Source: Octopus sinensis (taxonomy: Eukaryota). Taken from it: a DNA stretch of 64,000 bases. The notes under the pieces were generated by a model. The model was given only the letters and a program-made list of their open reading frames with translations, did not search any database and was not told where the DNA came from. Of the stretch, positions 1-14,194 are shown one piece after another. A program made the translations under genes and the position numbers. Location: contig NC_043000.1 in the NCBI RefSeq assembly GCF_006345805.1, positions 128,526,001 to 128,590,000 of the forward strand. Direction: 5' to 3'. Numbering within the stretch: position 1 is the first letter of the stretch; every line of letters starts with the position of its first letter.

Positions 1-432
1 GTTCGTCACAGAATGCGTATTATATACACATTCTCGCCTCATTTATGACCGGATGTGTGCCTGTGTATGGGTATGTATAAGTATATAGGGTGAAGCCACT
101 CATACGTACTAAGATACACAATGTGTATGTGTGTGTTTGTGCGATGATCTAGTACAGACAAACTAAAACGGTTCTCACCTTACGTTAACAACACCTACAA
201 GCAAACATATTGAAAGAAAATATTTTCAATACGTGTGTGTATGTGTGTAATATTGTTAATAAACGTGAGACAAATGCAATGTACTCAATACATTTAGCAC
301 AATTTCTACATGTATGAAAATCCAAGATATGGCACTGTTGCTATATTACTCGCGTCAATCGCCTTCCAATCACGCCAACTCATGACTATCTGCTAACACG
401 AAATTCTGAGAAACATTAGCGAGATATCTCAG

Positions 433-493
<61 letters not shown>

Positions 494-661
494 AGAGAAA
501 AATGACAGCGTGTAAATTTTATATACTGTACATAAACACACTGCACAAACATTCAAAATAGTCACACATGATCTGAAACATACATACACGTACGTACGCA
601 CGCATGCACCTATGTATGTATGTATGTATGTATACATGCAAAGAAATTCGAAAAAAGTCAT

Positions 662-699
<38 letters not shown>

Positions 700-1278
700 G
701 GGGTAAAAACCGAAGTCTCGAAATCTCGGCATCATGCTAACAATTTTCAGCGGAATGCCAAGTGTGAACAAAATTAACGCACAAAATCACATGTCTTGCG
801 TATCGAATTTTCTCTCATTTCTGCGATGTCGCTTTTCATTTCACGGATAATTTTAACTTGAAATGTGTGTTTATTACATATAGCATATAAGGCATGCATA
901 TTTTCTTCATATGGGTTTATTTGAGATTCACCCTTTCTGTTTAAATTTATTTCAAGACATTGGTTGTAGCCTCAGCTGATTTCTAATTAGTCGTTGAGCA
1001 CTAAATTGTTCCTTGTGACATTTGTGTGTGTGTGCGTGCGCAAGAGCGTATGTGGAAGTGATGTTTCAATATAGCAAAAGTCTAATGACCGAAACCAGTA
1101 AAGAACAAACGGTTGTGTGCGCGAGTATCTAACGTACACAAATAGATAGATAGATAGATCGTGTGATGAGATAGAATTTTGTAAGGGATCTAATGAGTAT
1201 GAAGACTCAGTCAACGGCACGCTGAGTCTGTGCGCGCGCGTGCATATGCGTGTGTATACATTCGTAAGAGCATGGTAT

Positions 1279-1594
1279 GCAGGCATGGCCAAGTGGTTAA
1301 GAAGTTCGCATCAAAATCACGAGGTTCCTGTTTCCATCAATTTGCGCGACAATTATTGTTAACTAGCATTTTATTATAAGCCTCGAGTGAAACGGGGCAG
1401 ACGGTAACTGTGCAGAAGCCTGCTTTATGAACCGTACTTGTAATTCAAAGGTTCAAGCATATCACATTCGCTAATTCTGCGCGAGTATTACATTAAGGTT
1501 TACATGTGTTTTGCGAAATATTCTATTAACGCTAAATCAACGAGTAGGCATTCAGCTGATTGAACAATTGTAATACTCATCGTCGAAACCGACG
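1279..1594 (+). mobile_element. Decayed tRNA-derived SINE (family A head with a different 3' domain)
   Basis: Begins gcaggcatggccaagtggttaagaagttcgc (A-box-like TGGCCAAGTGG) and carries the diverged motif cagacggtaactgtgcagaagcc shared with the other family-A copies. Confidence 0.6.
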
Positions 1595-2063
1595 AAAATC
1601 TATTTACTTTTTTATTATTCGCATGGGTAGTGTAACGTCTACGCATGTCAATATATCTCACGTGCAAACATGCGTGAATATGTGTGTGTGTGTGTGGTTG
1701 TGTATAAGAAGACTGTCTAAATGCAAGGTGTGTGTATGCACATCATGCTACACTACGTCATTTACATACCGCGCAGTTTTCGACTGGCAACAGTTACTGA
1801 AAACATAACACGCGCATACATTAAATACATACATATACACATACGCACGCGCACATACACACACACACACATACACACACAAACCTTTACAATTTATCCA
1901 GGCAATACACCCCATTATGGACGACTATTTCATAAATACATGAATATCGTCTGTCACATAGGGTTTCAAACTAAATCACGTTACAATACAATACCTACTC
2001 ATGCATGAATATTAAAACACAAACAATAAAATTGTAAAGTATATCTAGGAAAATAATCTCGCC

Positions 2064-2760
2064 TTAAGCACTGAAGACTAACAAACTCTTGACCTCAGTT
2101 TCTGTTGGACTTAAGTCACTCTTTCTCTCCCTGCACACACACACTTGAACAGTGTACCTAAGACTATGTAGGCATCCAGATCTGTGATCAGCTGCTGACC
2201 CTCCTCTACATAGATCAAGTGTGACCCACATCGAAGCGCAGCTCATATATCTAGAGCAGAGCGACAACACACACATGGAGTTTTCATGGACCAGAGCGGA
2301 GATGGTTTATATATTTGTTGAACATCAAGGGAAGCGTGGAAGGCAAAGGTGCATGGAAAGGCTACAGAAATTTCTAAGCTGGAAATCTGGTTAGAGTACT
2401 TGCAACAGAGTGAACATCCAAGGTCCAGATGGTGCCCTAAACAGGGCGGAGCGAAGCTCCAAGTCAGTCCTGAACAGGGACATACTGAGCAAAGGCATTC
2501 AAGCTGCCACCGTCCCACGGTGTTCTACGTTCTATGACAACGTGATCCAATGTATCCTTTTCCATTTTTAAGAAAATGGAAGATTTGGCTTCTACTTCTA
2601 GGACGTCGAACGACCTCTCGTATAGCTTGGCTGCCCACAGTTTCCATACAAACTGATGTCCACACTGAACATCTACCACATACATCTATGTCACCATGCA
2701 CCTCGAAAGGTCGCGAGCGCTGACAGCATCCCCCACTCCATCAACCCACACACACGTCAC
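2064..2760. mobile_element. Possible highly decayed retroelement fragment
   Basis: GC-richer, non-repetitive island; plus-strand frames give only weak LINE C-terminal-like words (GKRGRQR, RWCPKQGG) broken by stops. No diagnostic motif. Confidence 0.25.
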
Positions 2761-3145
2761 CCTCCTTTCAGCAATTTATGAAAACAGAAAAAAATTCCAA
2801 CTATAAAACAAAAGGCGAGTCTATAAGCACCAAAGCAGGTTCTACTCGTGTGACACTTAGCTGACCTGAAAGATTCACACATAGAGGGAGGAAGAGAGAG
2901 GTTTAAGAAGAATGTAACAAGAAATACTAGTTCAGAATGTCTAAGATCTTGTCAACTCTATACTCTTCTTCACAGTGGAAGCTCACTACTCACACACACA
3001 CACACATTTGAAACTAATCATTCATTATCACTATTCAGTATTTGAAGCTATGTGCGACAAAAATATGAGTACACACACGTATATAAATGTGTGTGCGTGC
3101 CACAACAACTGATCTAAGCCTTACGGACTATATATATATATATAT

Positions 3146-3211
<66 letters not shown>

Positions 3212-3537
3212 CAGCTTCTTGAGTGTGAAGAATGTGCACGGGCGTTTACACTCGTGTGCAGACACACATCCACATCGACTGTGGGTGTGAACTGATTAGG
3301 ATTTGAGGCAACCATCCCCTCAAAACATCTACCGTCGTGGATATGCCACCTGATCGTCTGATAGTGTCATTTGTTCCCTAACTTCCCATCTTTGAGCGTT
3401 AAGATTTGCCCTTCGTTGGCTTTAATGTAAAACTGAATTCGGAGCTAAGCACCGGCTTGATTGAGCTATTGTCGTGTCTTATGGTGGTGACATCATTCTC
3501 TCATAGATTTACACAGATTCTATTATACGCGCGCACG

Positions 3538-3618
<81 letters not shown>

Positions 3619-4532
3619 CTATGTTGGTGCGTGAAAGTGTGTGTGAACTGAACCTAGGTTTTCTCACACTCAAGCTAAGTTTCGTCTGTAACAAAATGTG
3701 TTGCTATACACACAAAACTAGAGGCTAACTTCTTTATCCGCCCGACCAACCAGCCAGCCAGCCATCCGTCCACACCCCACTCTCTCCAACTATTCATCAA
3801 GCTGTATAGTTTAGAAGCTTTTCGCTGAGCCCCTTCCCTCTAAATAGATATTTTACATACATACAAACATACATATGTGTGTATGTATATGGGTATATTT
3901 TTAGTAGTCATGCATGAATACGGTATATGTGAATAAGTTTATACAACGCATACAGATTAATTAGTACTTTTGCGTTTAATTTTTTATCCAGTCGTGTGGG
4001 CCGTGCTCCAGTCTGGACTTGACCATGTTCAATAACACGATAGAAACAAAACAGAATTCACACAAAAGTATGTAGAATTTGAAAAGCGTCTTTACACACA
4101 CACAAACATTAAGAGAGAGAGAGAGGGGGGGAGAAAGAGAGAGATAGAGGGAGGGGGAGAGAGAGAAAGAAATAATTGTCGGTAAGCTTTACAATTAGGA
4201 AAATAATTATAAACGATGACAGCAGCAACAACTGTTAGAAGTTACTGAAAAAAATAATTAAAATGGGAGGTAAAACACACACACACACAAACTCACACAT
4301 AATGTCCGTGGAAATTGCTAAGACATTCACCCTGCTCATATATCATATAGACCAAAGACATTGATTACATAGGTTTAAATGGTGCCATAACAGATTGGTT
4401 TTTGAGTGGGTGGGGCTGTGGGTAGGTTTAGGTGAACAGTGGGGGAGACTGATAAATAGGGAGTAGGGTGAGTGGATAACTGGTTGAATGGAGTAGTGCG
4501 AGATAGATAGATAGATAAATAGATAGATAGAT

Positions 4533-4570
<38 letters not shown>

Positions 4571-4719
4571 ATGAACGTTAAATAGAGTTTGAGAGAGAGT
4601 GTGTGTGTGTGTGTGTGTCAATGGACACGTATGTGGGCGTACAGACAGCTGGATGGATGGATAGCGAGATAGTTAGATAGTGAAAGAGATAGATGGATGA
4701 AAGACAATTGGATTGGTGG

Positions 4720-4778
<59 letters not shown>

Positions 4779-6349
4779 CAGTATATTATATGTATGAAAT
4801 AGAACAAATGTGTGTTAACGAAGAGCAGCTTAAAAGAGAAAATAAACTGAGTAGGCAACTTGATGGACATACCACATATGAACAATAAAAAAAGAACCGG
4901 TTTTGAAGGGTCACAAGTCTCGAACGAACGTTTTCAGATATGCCAGTTTGTGTGTACATATATATTTGCATACACACACACCACACACACACACACACAC
5001 ACATCAGTGTTGTGTGGATGTATGTGTGTGTATATATATGTATGAGTGTATAAACACATATAGTTGCACCCGCACACTATATATATATCCCATCATTTTG
5101 GTAATCACCAGATCACGTTTCCTGTCTTCCAGACACACGTACTAAATGTGAATGTATGAGAGTAAATTCTGTAAACGATTGCTAGTATTAGAAAAAGTGT
5201 GAAATTAATGTGTGTGTGACCGTTTTATCTGTATGTATATGTGTGTGTTTGTGTGACGACGTGTATACGTCTATTTGTATGTCTCCTGTATATAAGTTAT
5301 TATCTACATGTTTCGGGTAACGTCGCCGTCGTTCAAATGTTTGAGAGCGCGCAACAATGGGACCGAGAGCAATTGAATGGATATTTAACAAGTTTCTAAC
5401 AGAAATGGATTTGATTCATAGAAATATTCTAGTCGACGATCAAATTCGTCCGTCTTTTGCTCCCACCTTCCTTTTCTCCTTAATTTCTTCTCTCTCCCTT
5501 ATACATATGCATCTACTCTCATACACAGACATTATTTCGATTCACAATCCAACTTTCACACACACAAACACATTTTCTTATAAATTTTCCGCTTTTATTT
5601 ATTTCATTCTGTCTTTTTCTCTCGTTCTCCACACTAACACACACACACATGTACACACCCATATATATATATGTATATATATACACCATTTCCGTTCTTC
5701 TTCTGGCTTTTTTCTCACACACGCACACTTTATGTATGTGTGTGTGTGTACATACACTTTTTATCTTATTCGTTTCCTTTTTCTTCTTTCACTCATACTT
5801 TTCTTTTTCTACTCTATACTTCTCTCAATCAGAGAAAAACGCACAAAACAAAATTTTTTTCTATATAATTCCACACACATCTGACTAGTGTCTTTTCTTT
5901 TTTTTCTCCCCCACCTCTCTCGTTCTTCCAATCACACACATCTTACAATCACATATATGCCTACACGCACACTAACACATGACTTCAAACACCGAGTTAA
6001 TGATAAACACATGTACTTAATGAAAAAGAAACAAGAAAGAATAGTTTTACTTACTTTCTATCTATATCACTCATCTTCACCTCACAATAAAAGATATCAA
6101 CATTTTGGTTAATGTTGTCCACTGGCACTTCCTAAGGTACAAAAGTATTCCGTCTGTTTTTTGTTTTGTTGGAGTTGTATTTGTATGTATGTATGTATAC
6201 TTGTGTGGATGTGTTTGTGAGGATATATATATATATGTATATATATATATATGTATATATAATTACAAAATAATATATATATACTATTTACTTTAATTGT
6301 AGTGATTATTTCCCATTTAAATATATACATATTATACATGTATATACAC

Positions 6350-6401
<52 letters not shown>

Positions 6402-8339
6402 GCGTACAGGTATGTAAAATACAAAATATAAGGTTATCCTTATTATTATTATTATTAATTACTTTTTTTTAGACATTCATCCACCTTTATGAAATTGCAG
6501 GATGGTATATATGTGGTAATGTGGCTACTTCCTCCAAATCCTGTGTAAATTTAATTCCATTTTCACGCGTGTATATTCCAGCTTTTTTTCTTTTTTCTCA
6601 TTTTTAAACACTCGACACACTTGTATATGAATGTATGATGTACATGTATATATCAGTATGTTTGTTTCTGCGCGTGTATATGTATATGTGTGTGCGTGTG
6701 TGTTGTTTATTGTGTAATGAATGTATTATTAGTTGTGTCATACAAATATAGTTTGTTTGTGTGTGTGTGTGTATGTCAGTGATGAGAATGTAATTCGAAA
6801 TGTGTATATGTGGTATGTGTTTGTGTGTGTGTATGTATATATATATGTGTGTGTGTAGATTTGTGTATAAACTTAGTGTATGTGTGTCTTCGTGTGTAAG
6901 CTGTATAATATAAATAGTTCCTTGGAAACGAAATTTGTATTTACTCAAAAGAATTAATTTTCCTGGTTCCACTTGAAGCTTATCTTCGACGTAAAATGGT
7001 AAAACTCATTAGATTTCGGTGTACAAGTTTTTTTTCCATTTATTTTTCCAAATGACATTCCACAACTGCGCCTGTCCATTACATATATACTTTAATATCC
7101 ATATACACACACACTGACACACACACACATACACACACGCATATATGTATGTATGTGTATATATTTTGTTTGTTCACAAGTGATTATGTGTACGTGCTTG
7201 TGTATGTGTGTGTGTGTTTATGTGTGTCTATAGAATTCAAAGTAAGATTTGGTTTTTGTTGAAATATGTATGTAAATATATACACACATATAAATTTGTA
7301 TATAATAGTTATAACTTTTCCAACCGGTGGTGCGGTTTTGATATTTTCCTATATAAACTTAGTATTCATACATTTTAGAAACACACACAGAGGGGTACGT
7401 ATGGTTGTATATATGTGTGTATGTGTGTGTGCGTCTGTGTGTGTGCGTGCGTGCGTGTGTGTGTGTGCGTGTGTGTGTGTGTGCGTGTGTGTGTGTGTGT
7501 GTGTGTAATGTCGTCAGCAAGATGTCTTGAAGACGTCTTCTTTCCGTGGTGTTCGGTTTGTAAATGTGTGTGCCACTCACGTCAAACTAAGCCGAGTGAG
7601 GGTCTGGCAACTGAATGAGAGAGGAAATCAGTCTTGCCACTCAGATTGTAAGGGGAGCAGGAAGAGATAGAACAAGATAGAGAGGAGATGGCAGAGAGTG
7701 TAAACAGTGAGCCACAGTGAGAGAAAGAGAAGGAATACAGTGAGATAGAGAGAGAGAAGGAGGAAAGAGAAAGAGCTTACATATGCATACACGCACTTAC
7801 AAATACATAGACGTATGAAGAAAAGAGAGAAAGACAGAGATAAGAATATGCGAGAGATAGAGAGAAAGATAAAAAGCAACAGGGGAGGAGAAAGAGTAAA
7901 TAAAGTAGATGCTACAGGCAGGAGTGATAGACACAGGAAGGGCTAGAGAGGAAAATAAAAAGTAGTAGGTTGGAGGAAAGAAGGGGAGGCAACGTTTAGC
8001 CAAGCAAGGAAAAGGCGAAAGAGAAGGGAGGGAATTGTTGTGACCGAGGCAACAGAAATGAGTTGGAGTAGAAGATTTTAAAACAGTTTTCAGAATATAT
8101 TTGAGCTACAGTAACACAGAGAGAGGGAGAGAGAGAGAGATGACGTGAAATGGAAGTGAAGGGCAGAAAGAAGGAGGAATTTAAGAAAGCTAAAAAGAGA
8201 GTAAGATAAAGAAGTGAGAAAATTAAGAAAAGTATTTAGATAGATAAATGAATAAAGAGAGAGAGAGAGAGAGAATAGTAAAGCAAATTAGAATTAAGTA
8301 AAGTTAGAAAGAGAGAGAGAATGAATGTGTGTGTTTATG

Positions 8340-8370
<31 letters not shown>

Positions 8371-8946
8371 TGTGTGTGTGTGTGTGTGTGATACAGAGGA
8401 AGAAGAATTAGGAAGAATAAGAAAGTGAGGCTGTGATAGAGAGGAAACAAAAATGATTGAGAGAAAGGAGAAGAGTTTGAAAAAATAAAAAACGATATAT
8501 AAAAAAGTGAACAAATATGAGAGGCGGGAGATCAGTTAAAAAAGTGAATGAGGAATAGAAAGAGCCAGGAAAATGATTAGAAGTCGGAGGAATGGTGTGA
8601 GGAAGTGCGAGTATTAATGAAGAAGTGACTAGGTGAATGGCAACCGACAGGGAAGATGCGTGTGTGTGTGAACGTTTCTAGTTATGTCTGTATGTAATGG
8701 AAACTGTTTTCGAATGAGGGGGAGGAAAGTGGGTTGAAGGGGGAGCGTGAGAAGGAGGAGGAGGAAGAAGCGTCGATATGTATATTTATGTATGTGTATT
8801 TATGCGTGTATGTATGTGTGTGTGTGTGTGCGTGCGTATATATACACATGAATCGAACTGGTGACAGCATTTTTTTACGACTGCGTACCAACAGAGCAGA
8901 ACAGTGGTAAAGTGACTATATGTATGTGTGTGTGTGTGTGTGTGTG

Positions 8947-9307
8947 CTTCCCAACCACATAGTTCCAGGTTCAGTCCCACAGTGCGGCACATTTGGCAAG
9001 TGTCATCTACTATAGCCCCGGGCCGACCAAGGCTTTTGTGAGTGGATTTGATAGACGGAAACTGAAAGAAGCCCGTAGTACGTATGTATGTATGTATGGA
9101 TGGAATGGATGTGTGTGTGTGTCTTCCCACCACACCGCTTGACAACCGTGTTTGGTGTGTTTACATCCCTATAACTAGCGGTTTGGCATCAGAAACCGAT
9201 AGAAATAAGTTACTAGCTTATGAAAGTCCTGGGGTCGATTTGTTCGCTAAAACCATGCAAAGCGGTGCCTCAGTGCGACCGAATTAAATGACGGAAATAA
9301 GTAAAAT
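8947..9307 (+). mobile_element. SINE family A (tRNA-derived, CORE-like central block), 5'-truncated
   Basis: ggttcagtccc B-box-like motif, ggcaagtgtcatctactatagcc CORE-like block, gacggaaactgaaagaagccc, internal microsatellite and 3' block shared with copies at 13.6, 21.5, 27.7 and 35.2 kb. Confidence 0.85.
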
Positions 9308-10044
9308 ACACGATACATATAGATATTACATATACACACGTGTGTGCATCTCTATATCTATACCACACACATATATACACAAACAAATATATAGATATGT
9401 GTTGTATGTATGTAATGTGTATGTATGTAGTATGTATGTTATGTATGTATGAATGTATGTATGTATGTATGTATGTCTGTATGTATGTATGTATATGTAT
9501 GTATGTATGTATGTACGTATGTATGTATGTTATATATGAGTGTGGGTGTATTTGTGAGACCGCACGCGCGTGCGCATGCTTGATGTTCGTTTGGATAGAA
9601 AACACAGATTGTTGGAAATAAGTGTTTGTATTCACATCTAACCGGTTTCATATCTAAATGCGTATGTGTATGTTTGTGGAATGAGTGAGTGAGTGAGTGA
9701 GTGAGTGAGAGAGAGAGAAAGAGAGAGAGAAAGAGAAGGGCGAAAGAGAGAAACACATGACCTCCACTTACAAACCACTGTATCTATCTATCTGTCCATA
9801 TATATATACAAAACACATTTACACGGACATACGAACTGGCACACTTAGACGCACATTCACATATACAGAGAGAGAGAGAGAGAAGGTAGATATCGACAAA
9901 GCGTGGTGCGGTTTCGAGTAGTGGGAGGATCCAAAACTTCAAGTCATTACTATGGTCATAGGTTTAACCTTGTCCTGGACACTAAACAATTTACATGCAT
10001 TGGTAACTAAACAAGAACTGTGTTTGTGTGGTGTGTGTGTGTGT

Positions 10045-10090
<46 letters not shown>

Positions 10091-10092
<2 letters not shown>

Positions 10093-10448
10093 TCCCAACC
10101 ACATAGTTCCAGGTTCAGTCCCACAGTGCGGCACATTTGGCAAGTGTCATCTACTATAGCCCCGGGCCGACCAAGGCTTTTGTGAGTGGATTTGATAGAC
10201 GGAAACTGAAAGAAGCCCGTAGTACGTATGTATGTATGTATGGATGGATGGATGTGTGTGTGTGTCTTCCACCACCGCTTGACAACCGGTGTTGGTGTGT
10301 TTACATCCCTATAACTTAGCGGTTTGGCATCAGAAACCGATAGAATAAGTACTAAGCTTATGAAAGTCCTGGGGTCGATTTGTTCGGCTAAAACCATGCA
10401 AAGCGGTGCCTCAGTGCGACCGAATTAAATGACGGAAATAAGTAAAAT
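10091..10448 (+). mobile_element. SINE family A, second copy within the tandem duplication
   Basis: Near-identical to 8947-9307. Confidence 0.85.
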
Positions 10449-11150
10449 ATACAAGATACATATAGATATTACATATACACACGTGTGTGCATCTCTATAT
10501 CTATACACACACACATATATACACAAACAAATATATAGATATGTGTTGTATGTATGTATGTATGTATGTATGTATGTATGTATGTATGTATGAATGTATG
10601 TATGTATGTATGTATGTATGTATGTATGTATGTATGTATGTATGTATGTACGTATGTATGTATGTATATATGAGTGTGGGTGTATTTGTGAGACCGCACG
10701 CGCGTGCGCATGCTTGATGTTCGTTTGGATAGAAAGCACAGATTGTTGGAAATAAGTGTTTGTATTCACATCTAACCGGTTTCATATCTAAATGCGTATG
10801 TGTATGTTTGTGGAATGAGTGAGTGAGTGAGTGAGTGAGTGAGAGAGAGAGAAAGAGAGAGAGAAAGAGAAAGGCGAAGAGAGAAAAAACCATGACCTCC
10901 ACTTAAACCACTGTATCTATCTATCTGTCCATATATATATACAAAACACATTTACCACGGACATACGAACTGGCACACTTAGACGCACATTCACATATAC
11001 AGAGAGAGAGAGAGAGAAGGTAGATATCGACAAAGCGTGGTGCGGTTTCGAGTAGTGGGAGGATCCAAAACTTCAAGTAATTACTATGGTCATAGGTTTA
11101 ACCTGTCCTGGACACTAAACAAAGTTACTATGCATTGGTAACTAAACAAG

Positions 11151-11237
<87 letters not shown>

Positions 11238-11334
11238 CGCGTGTTGTATTTATCCCACGCACTTGTACGATTCGGTCAAATTACCTTATGCAATGATCAA
11301 AGACAGTTCGGGCCAACGAGCGTCTCTCTACATG

Positions 11335-11475
11335 CTTGCTCAAAATAGCAGCCAAAATCTTCTTCATATTACACTACAATGATTTGAAAAAGAAGACATT
11401 TAACAATATGTCCAAAAACAAAGTAGGGTGGTCATGGTTTGGAATACGTTTGATAGGTTTGAAAGGTTATGGCGA
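11335..11475 (+). repeat. Interspersed repeat family C (SINE-like), decayed
   Basis: aaatagcagccaaa ... ggtggtcatggtttggaat motifs recur at ~45290, ~55200-55400, ~55880-56190 (+) and ~29600-29850, ~44820-45010, ~51090-51420 (-). Confidence 0.6.
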
Positions 11476-11741
11476 CCGTGTTCGGGCCCTTTGTATATCA
11501 GACAATCTTTCGTCCTGTTGAACACCACCATCTGGACCTTGATTGCCTTTAGTGGAGGACTATGTAACCGATCGGACCAGGCCTCTAGTCCTGTATTCCC
11601 GCTAGAATTTCGACAACATTATATATATATGATTACAAAATTTTATTTTGATAAGGAGTAAAAACAACAAATGTAAAATTAAAAGTGCTTATTACAAGCA
11701 GTATAACGAATATAAGAATGGTTTCTAATCAAGGCACAAGA

Positions 11742-11922
11742 CCAGTAATTTTGGAGGAAAGTGGTTAGTCGATACCATCGACGCCAATTCTTGACTGGTA
11801 CTTTATTTTCATTGACATCGAAGGGATGAAAGGGAAGACTGACGCAGCGGGATTTGATCTCTGAACGAAGATAGCCGAAACAAAGACCGTAAAGCATTTT
11901 CCCGACACTGTAACGATTCCAT
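11742..11922 (-). mobile_element. SINE family B, decayed
   Basis: Reverse complement matches the family-B copy at 54066 (aaatgcttt..., ttcatccc, aaagtaccagt, gtcgatggtatcgact). Confidence 0.7.
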
Positions 11923-12466
11923 ATATCCAAAACCTTTAAATGTGAAATGAAAATATTTTATTTATTTCCTCCACCCCGCTTGTATATAGAAGATTTTAAA
12001 GGTGACGTGACACCATCCAAGCACGTGTCCCAGCTGCCGGCAACCTCAAGCGGGCCCTGACTATACTTGAAACATGTTCAACCATACCGTTGTTTTTTTT
12101 TTCTCTCCTGAAATAGTTGATTCCCAAAACTTGGCGCATGCGCGCGTACGCACACACACACACACACACAATCGTGAAGTCGACAAAATATATATTGTTA
12201 CGACTGGGACCCTTCAGGGAGTCACGATGATCACGGATAAAATGTACTGACACAGACTTCTCACTTTGAGGTTCTTATTGAAAGTGACCTATTCCTGCGC
12301 ATTCAAGGGAATGCACACAAACATACACAAACCCATTAATACACATATATTCAAATTCAATACTTTTAACCAGTTGATTTTATGCGTGTATGTAAAGTGT
12401 AAGTAAACCCAAGGCTATGCACTTACATCTTCACACACGCGCGCGTATACTGTATAATGTGTTGTA

Positions 12467-12508
<42 letters not shown>

Positions 12509-12520
12509 GTATATATATAC

Positions 12521-12781
12521 CAATTAAGGACTGAACACGAAAAGTGGACAGTCACATGCTAGATATAGACGTCAAATCGCCATCTATGGTTTTTGTGTTG
12601 AGTTTGATCTGAGAACATAATCTTTTGTGGTGAATGGCGATTTGACGTCTATATCTAGCATGTTGACTGTCCACTTTTCGTGTTCAGTCCTTAATTGTAT
12701 ATATAAATATTTTAATCTTCGGATTCTTTTTAATATGCTAGACCACTGGTCTTAATTGATAAATATCAATTTCTACCCTTA

Positions 12782-12790
<9 letters not shown>
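12521..12790. mobile_element. (TA)n-embedded foldback cassette
   Basis: Arms 12521-12583 and 12634-12697 are reverse complements (one 1-nt indel) around a 50-nt spacer; one arm continues ~90 bp further; (TA)n on both sides. Confidence 0.7.
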
Positions 12791-12870
<80 letters not shown>

Positions 12871-13639
12871 TATATATATATATATATATATTATATATTG
12901 CAACTACACACGCATACACATGCTGCTATATCGTGGAAGAAGAAGCAAGCATACGCGAAAGTACCTTCGTTAGATAACACGTAACGTTTGTAAATTTGAA
13001 TGATAGAATGCTTGTGCTTGCAGTGTGTGTGAATGTACGTGAGTATTATATCTTGTGCGCGCTGTATGGGTAGTTTGGCATGTGTTCGTACATGTGTGTA
13101 TATTGGTGGGCGTGTGTATGTGGGTGGACGAGCGAGTGCTTGTGTGCGTGTGTGTGTGTGTGTGTGTGCGTGCGTGCGTTTGTACGGTGTTATAGTCGTT
13201 CTCTTAATATCTGTTGAATATAACAAGATATATATATTTACAGGTGCACAGTGCGTAGATAGAGGTAGGCATGTTAGTGTGTATGCTGTACATGTTCGCG
13301 TGTCTGCTTTAAGGAATGCATGTGCATTTCGAATTGAAAACAGTGGAAAACACACTCGATCTGCTAGAAGTAGTACACAAATATCCCTCAAATCACACAT
13401 TACTTGTTACATACGATGAAACTTTCCCTGAGTGACGTGAGCCTTAATGTACCCTGTCCGAAAGTAAGATGAAATGATGAAGGCTAGATGATAGTTTAAT
13501 TTTTCTATATCGGGGTTACGCTGAGACAAAAACAACAAGCAGAATAAAAAGAACAAACCAAAACAAAAGCAACACAAAACAAAAAAAATCAAGCTTCGTA
13601 TCGGAAGCTTCTAACACTCAGATGACATAATAATACTGG

Positions 13640-13741
13640 TGGTAAAAAGTTTGCTTGCCAACCACATGGTTCTGGCTTCAATCCTACTGCATGACTCCAA
13701 GTGAATGGATTTGGCAAACGGAAACTGACAGAAGCTCGTTG

Positions 13742-13816
<75 letters not shown>

Positions 13817-14015
13817 TTGTTTGTGTTTGGCCCACCACCGCTTGATAACGGGTGTAGGTTTGTTTATCTCCTCGTAACCTAGCAGTTCGGCAAAAGAGAC
13901 CATTAGCATAAGTACCAGCCTAAAAAAATATGTACTAGGATCGATTTGTTCGGTTAAATCTGTCAAGGAGGTGGCCCAGCATGGCTGCAGTTCAATGACT
14001 GAAACAAAAAAAAAA
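13640..14015 (+). mobile_element. SINE family A with internal (TCTA)n
   Basis: tgcttgccaaccacatggttctgg ... acggaaactgacagaagc ... ccagcatggctgcagttcaatgactgaaac, A-rich tail. Confidence 0.8.
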
Positions 14016-14194
14016 TACATTCATATATACCTACATAAACTACCTTCGTTGGAGACCGGCTCCCTCCTCAGTGGAAGATTTACAATAATTAAAAAATAGA
14101 AGACACACACAACACACACACAGACACACAGACACACACACATACACGCACACACACACACACACACACACGCGCACACACACACACACATACA

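Larger units (their letters stand above)
8947..11155 (+). repeat. Direct tandem duplication, unit ~1.14 kb (8947-10020 and 10091-11155)
   Basis: Both copies run from cttcccaaccacatagttccagg to aactaaacaagaactg, are offset by 1144 bp at the start, are separated and flanked by (TG)n, and differ mostly by 1-2 bp indels and microsatellite length. Confidence 0.95.

Noticed and set aside
3215-3295. LLECEECARAF... C2H2 zinc-finger-like peptide
   Set aside because: His spacing is wrong (10 residues after the second Cys), there is no second His, a stop follows, and there is no splice context.
5188-5391. ORF MLNIHSIALGPIVARSQTFERRRRYPK...
   Set aside because: Non-ATG start, no recognisable homology, and it runs into a microsatellite.
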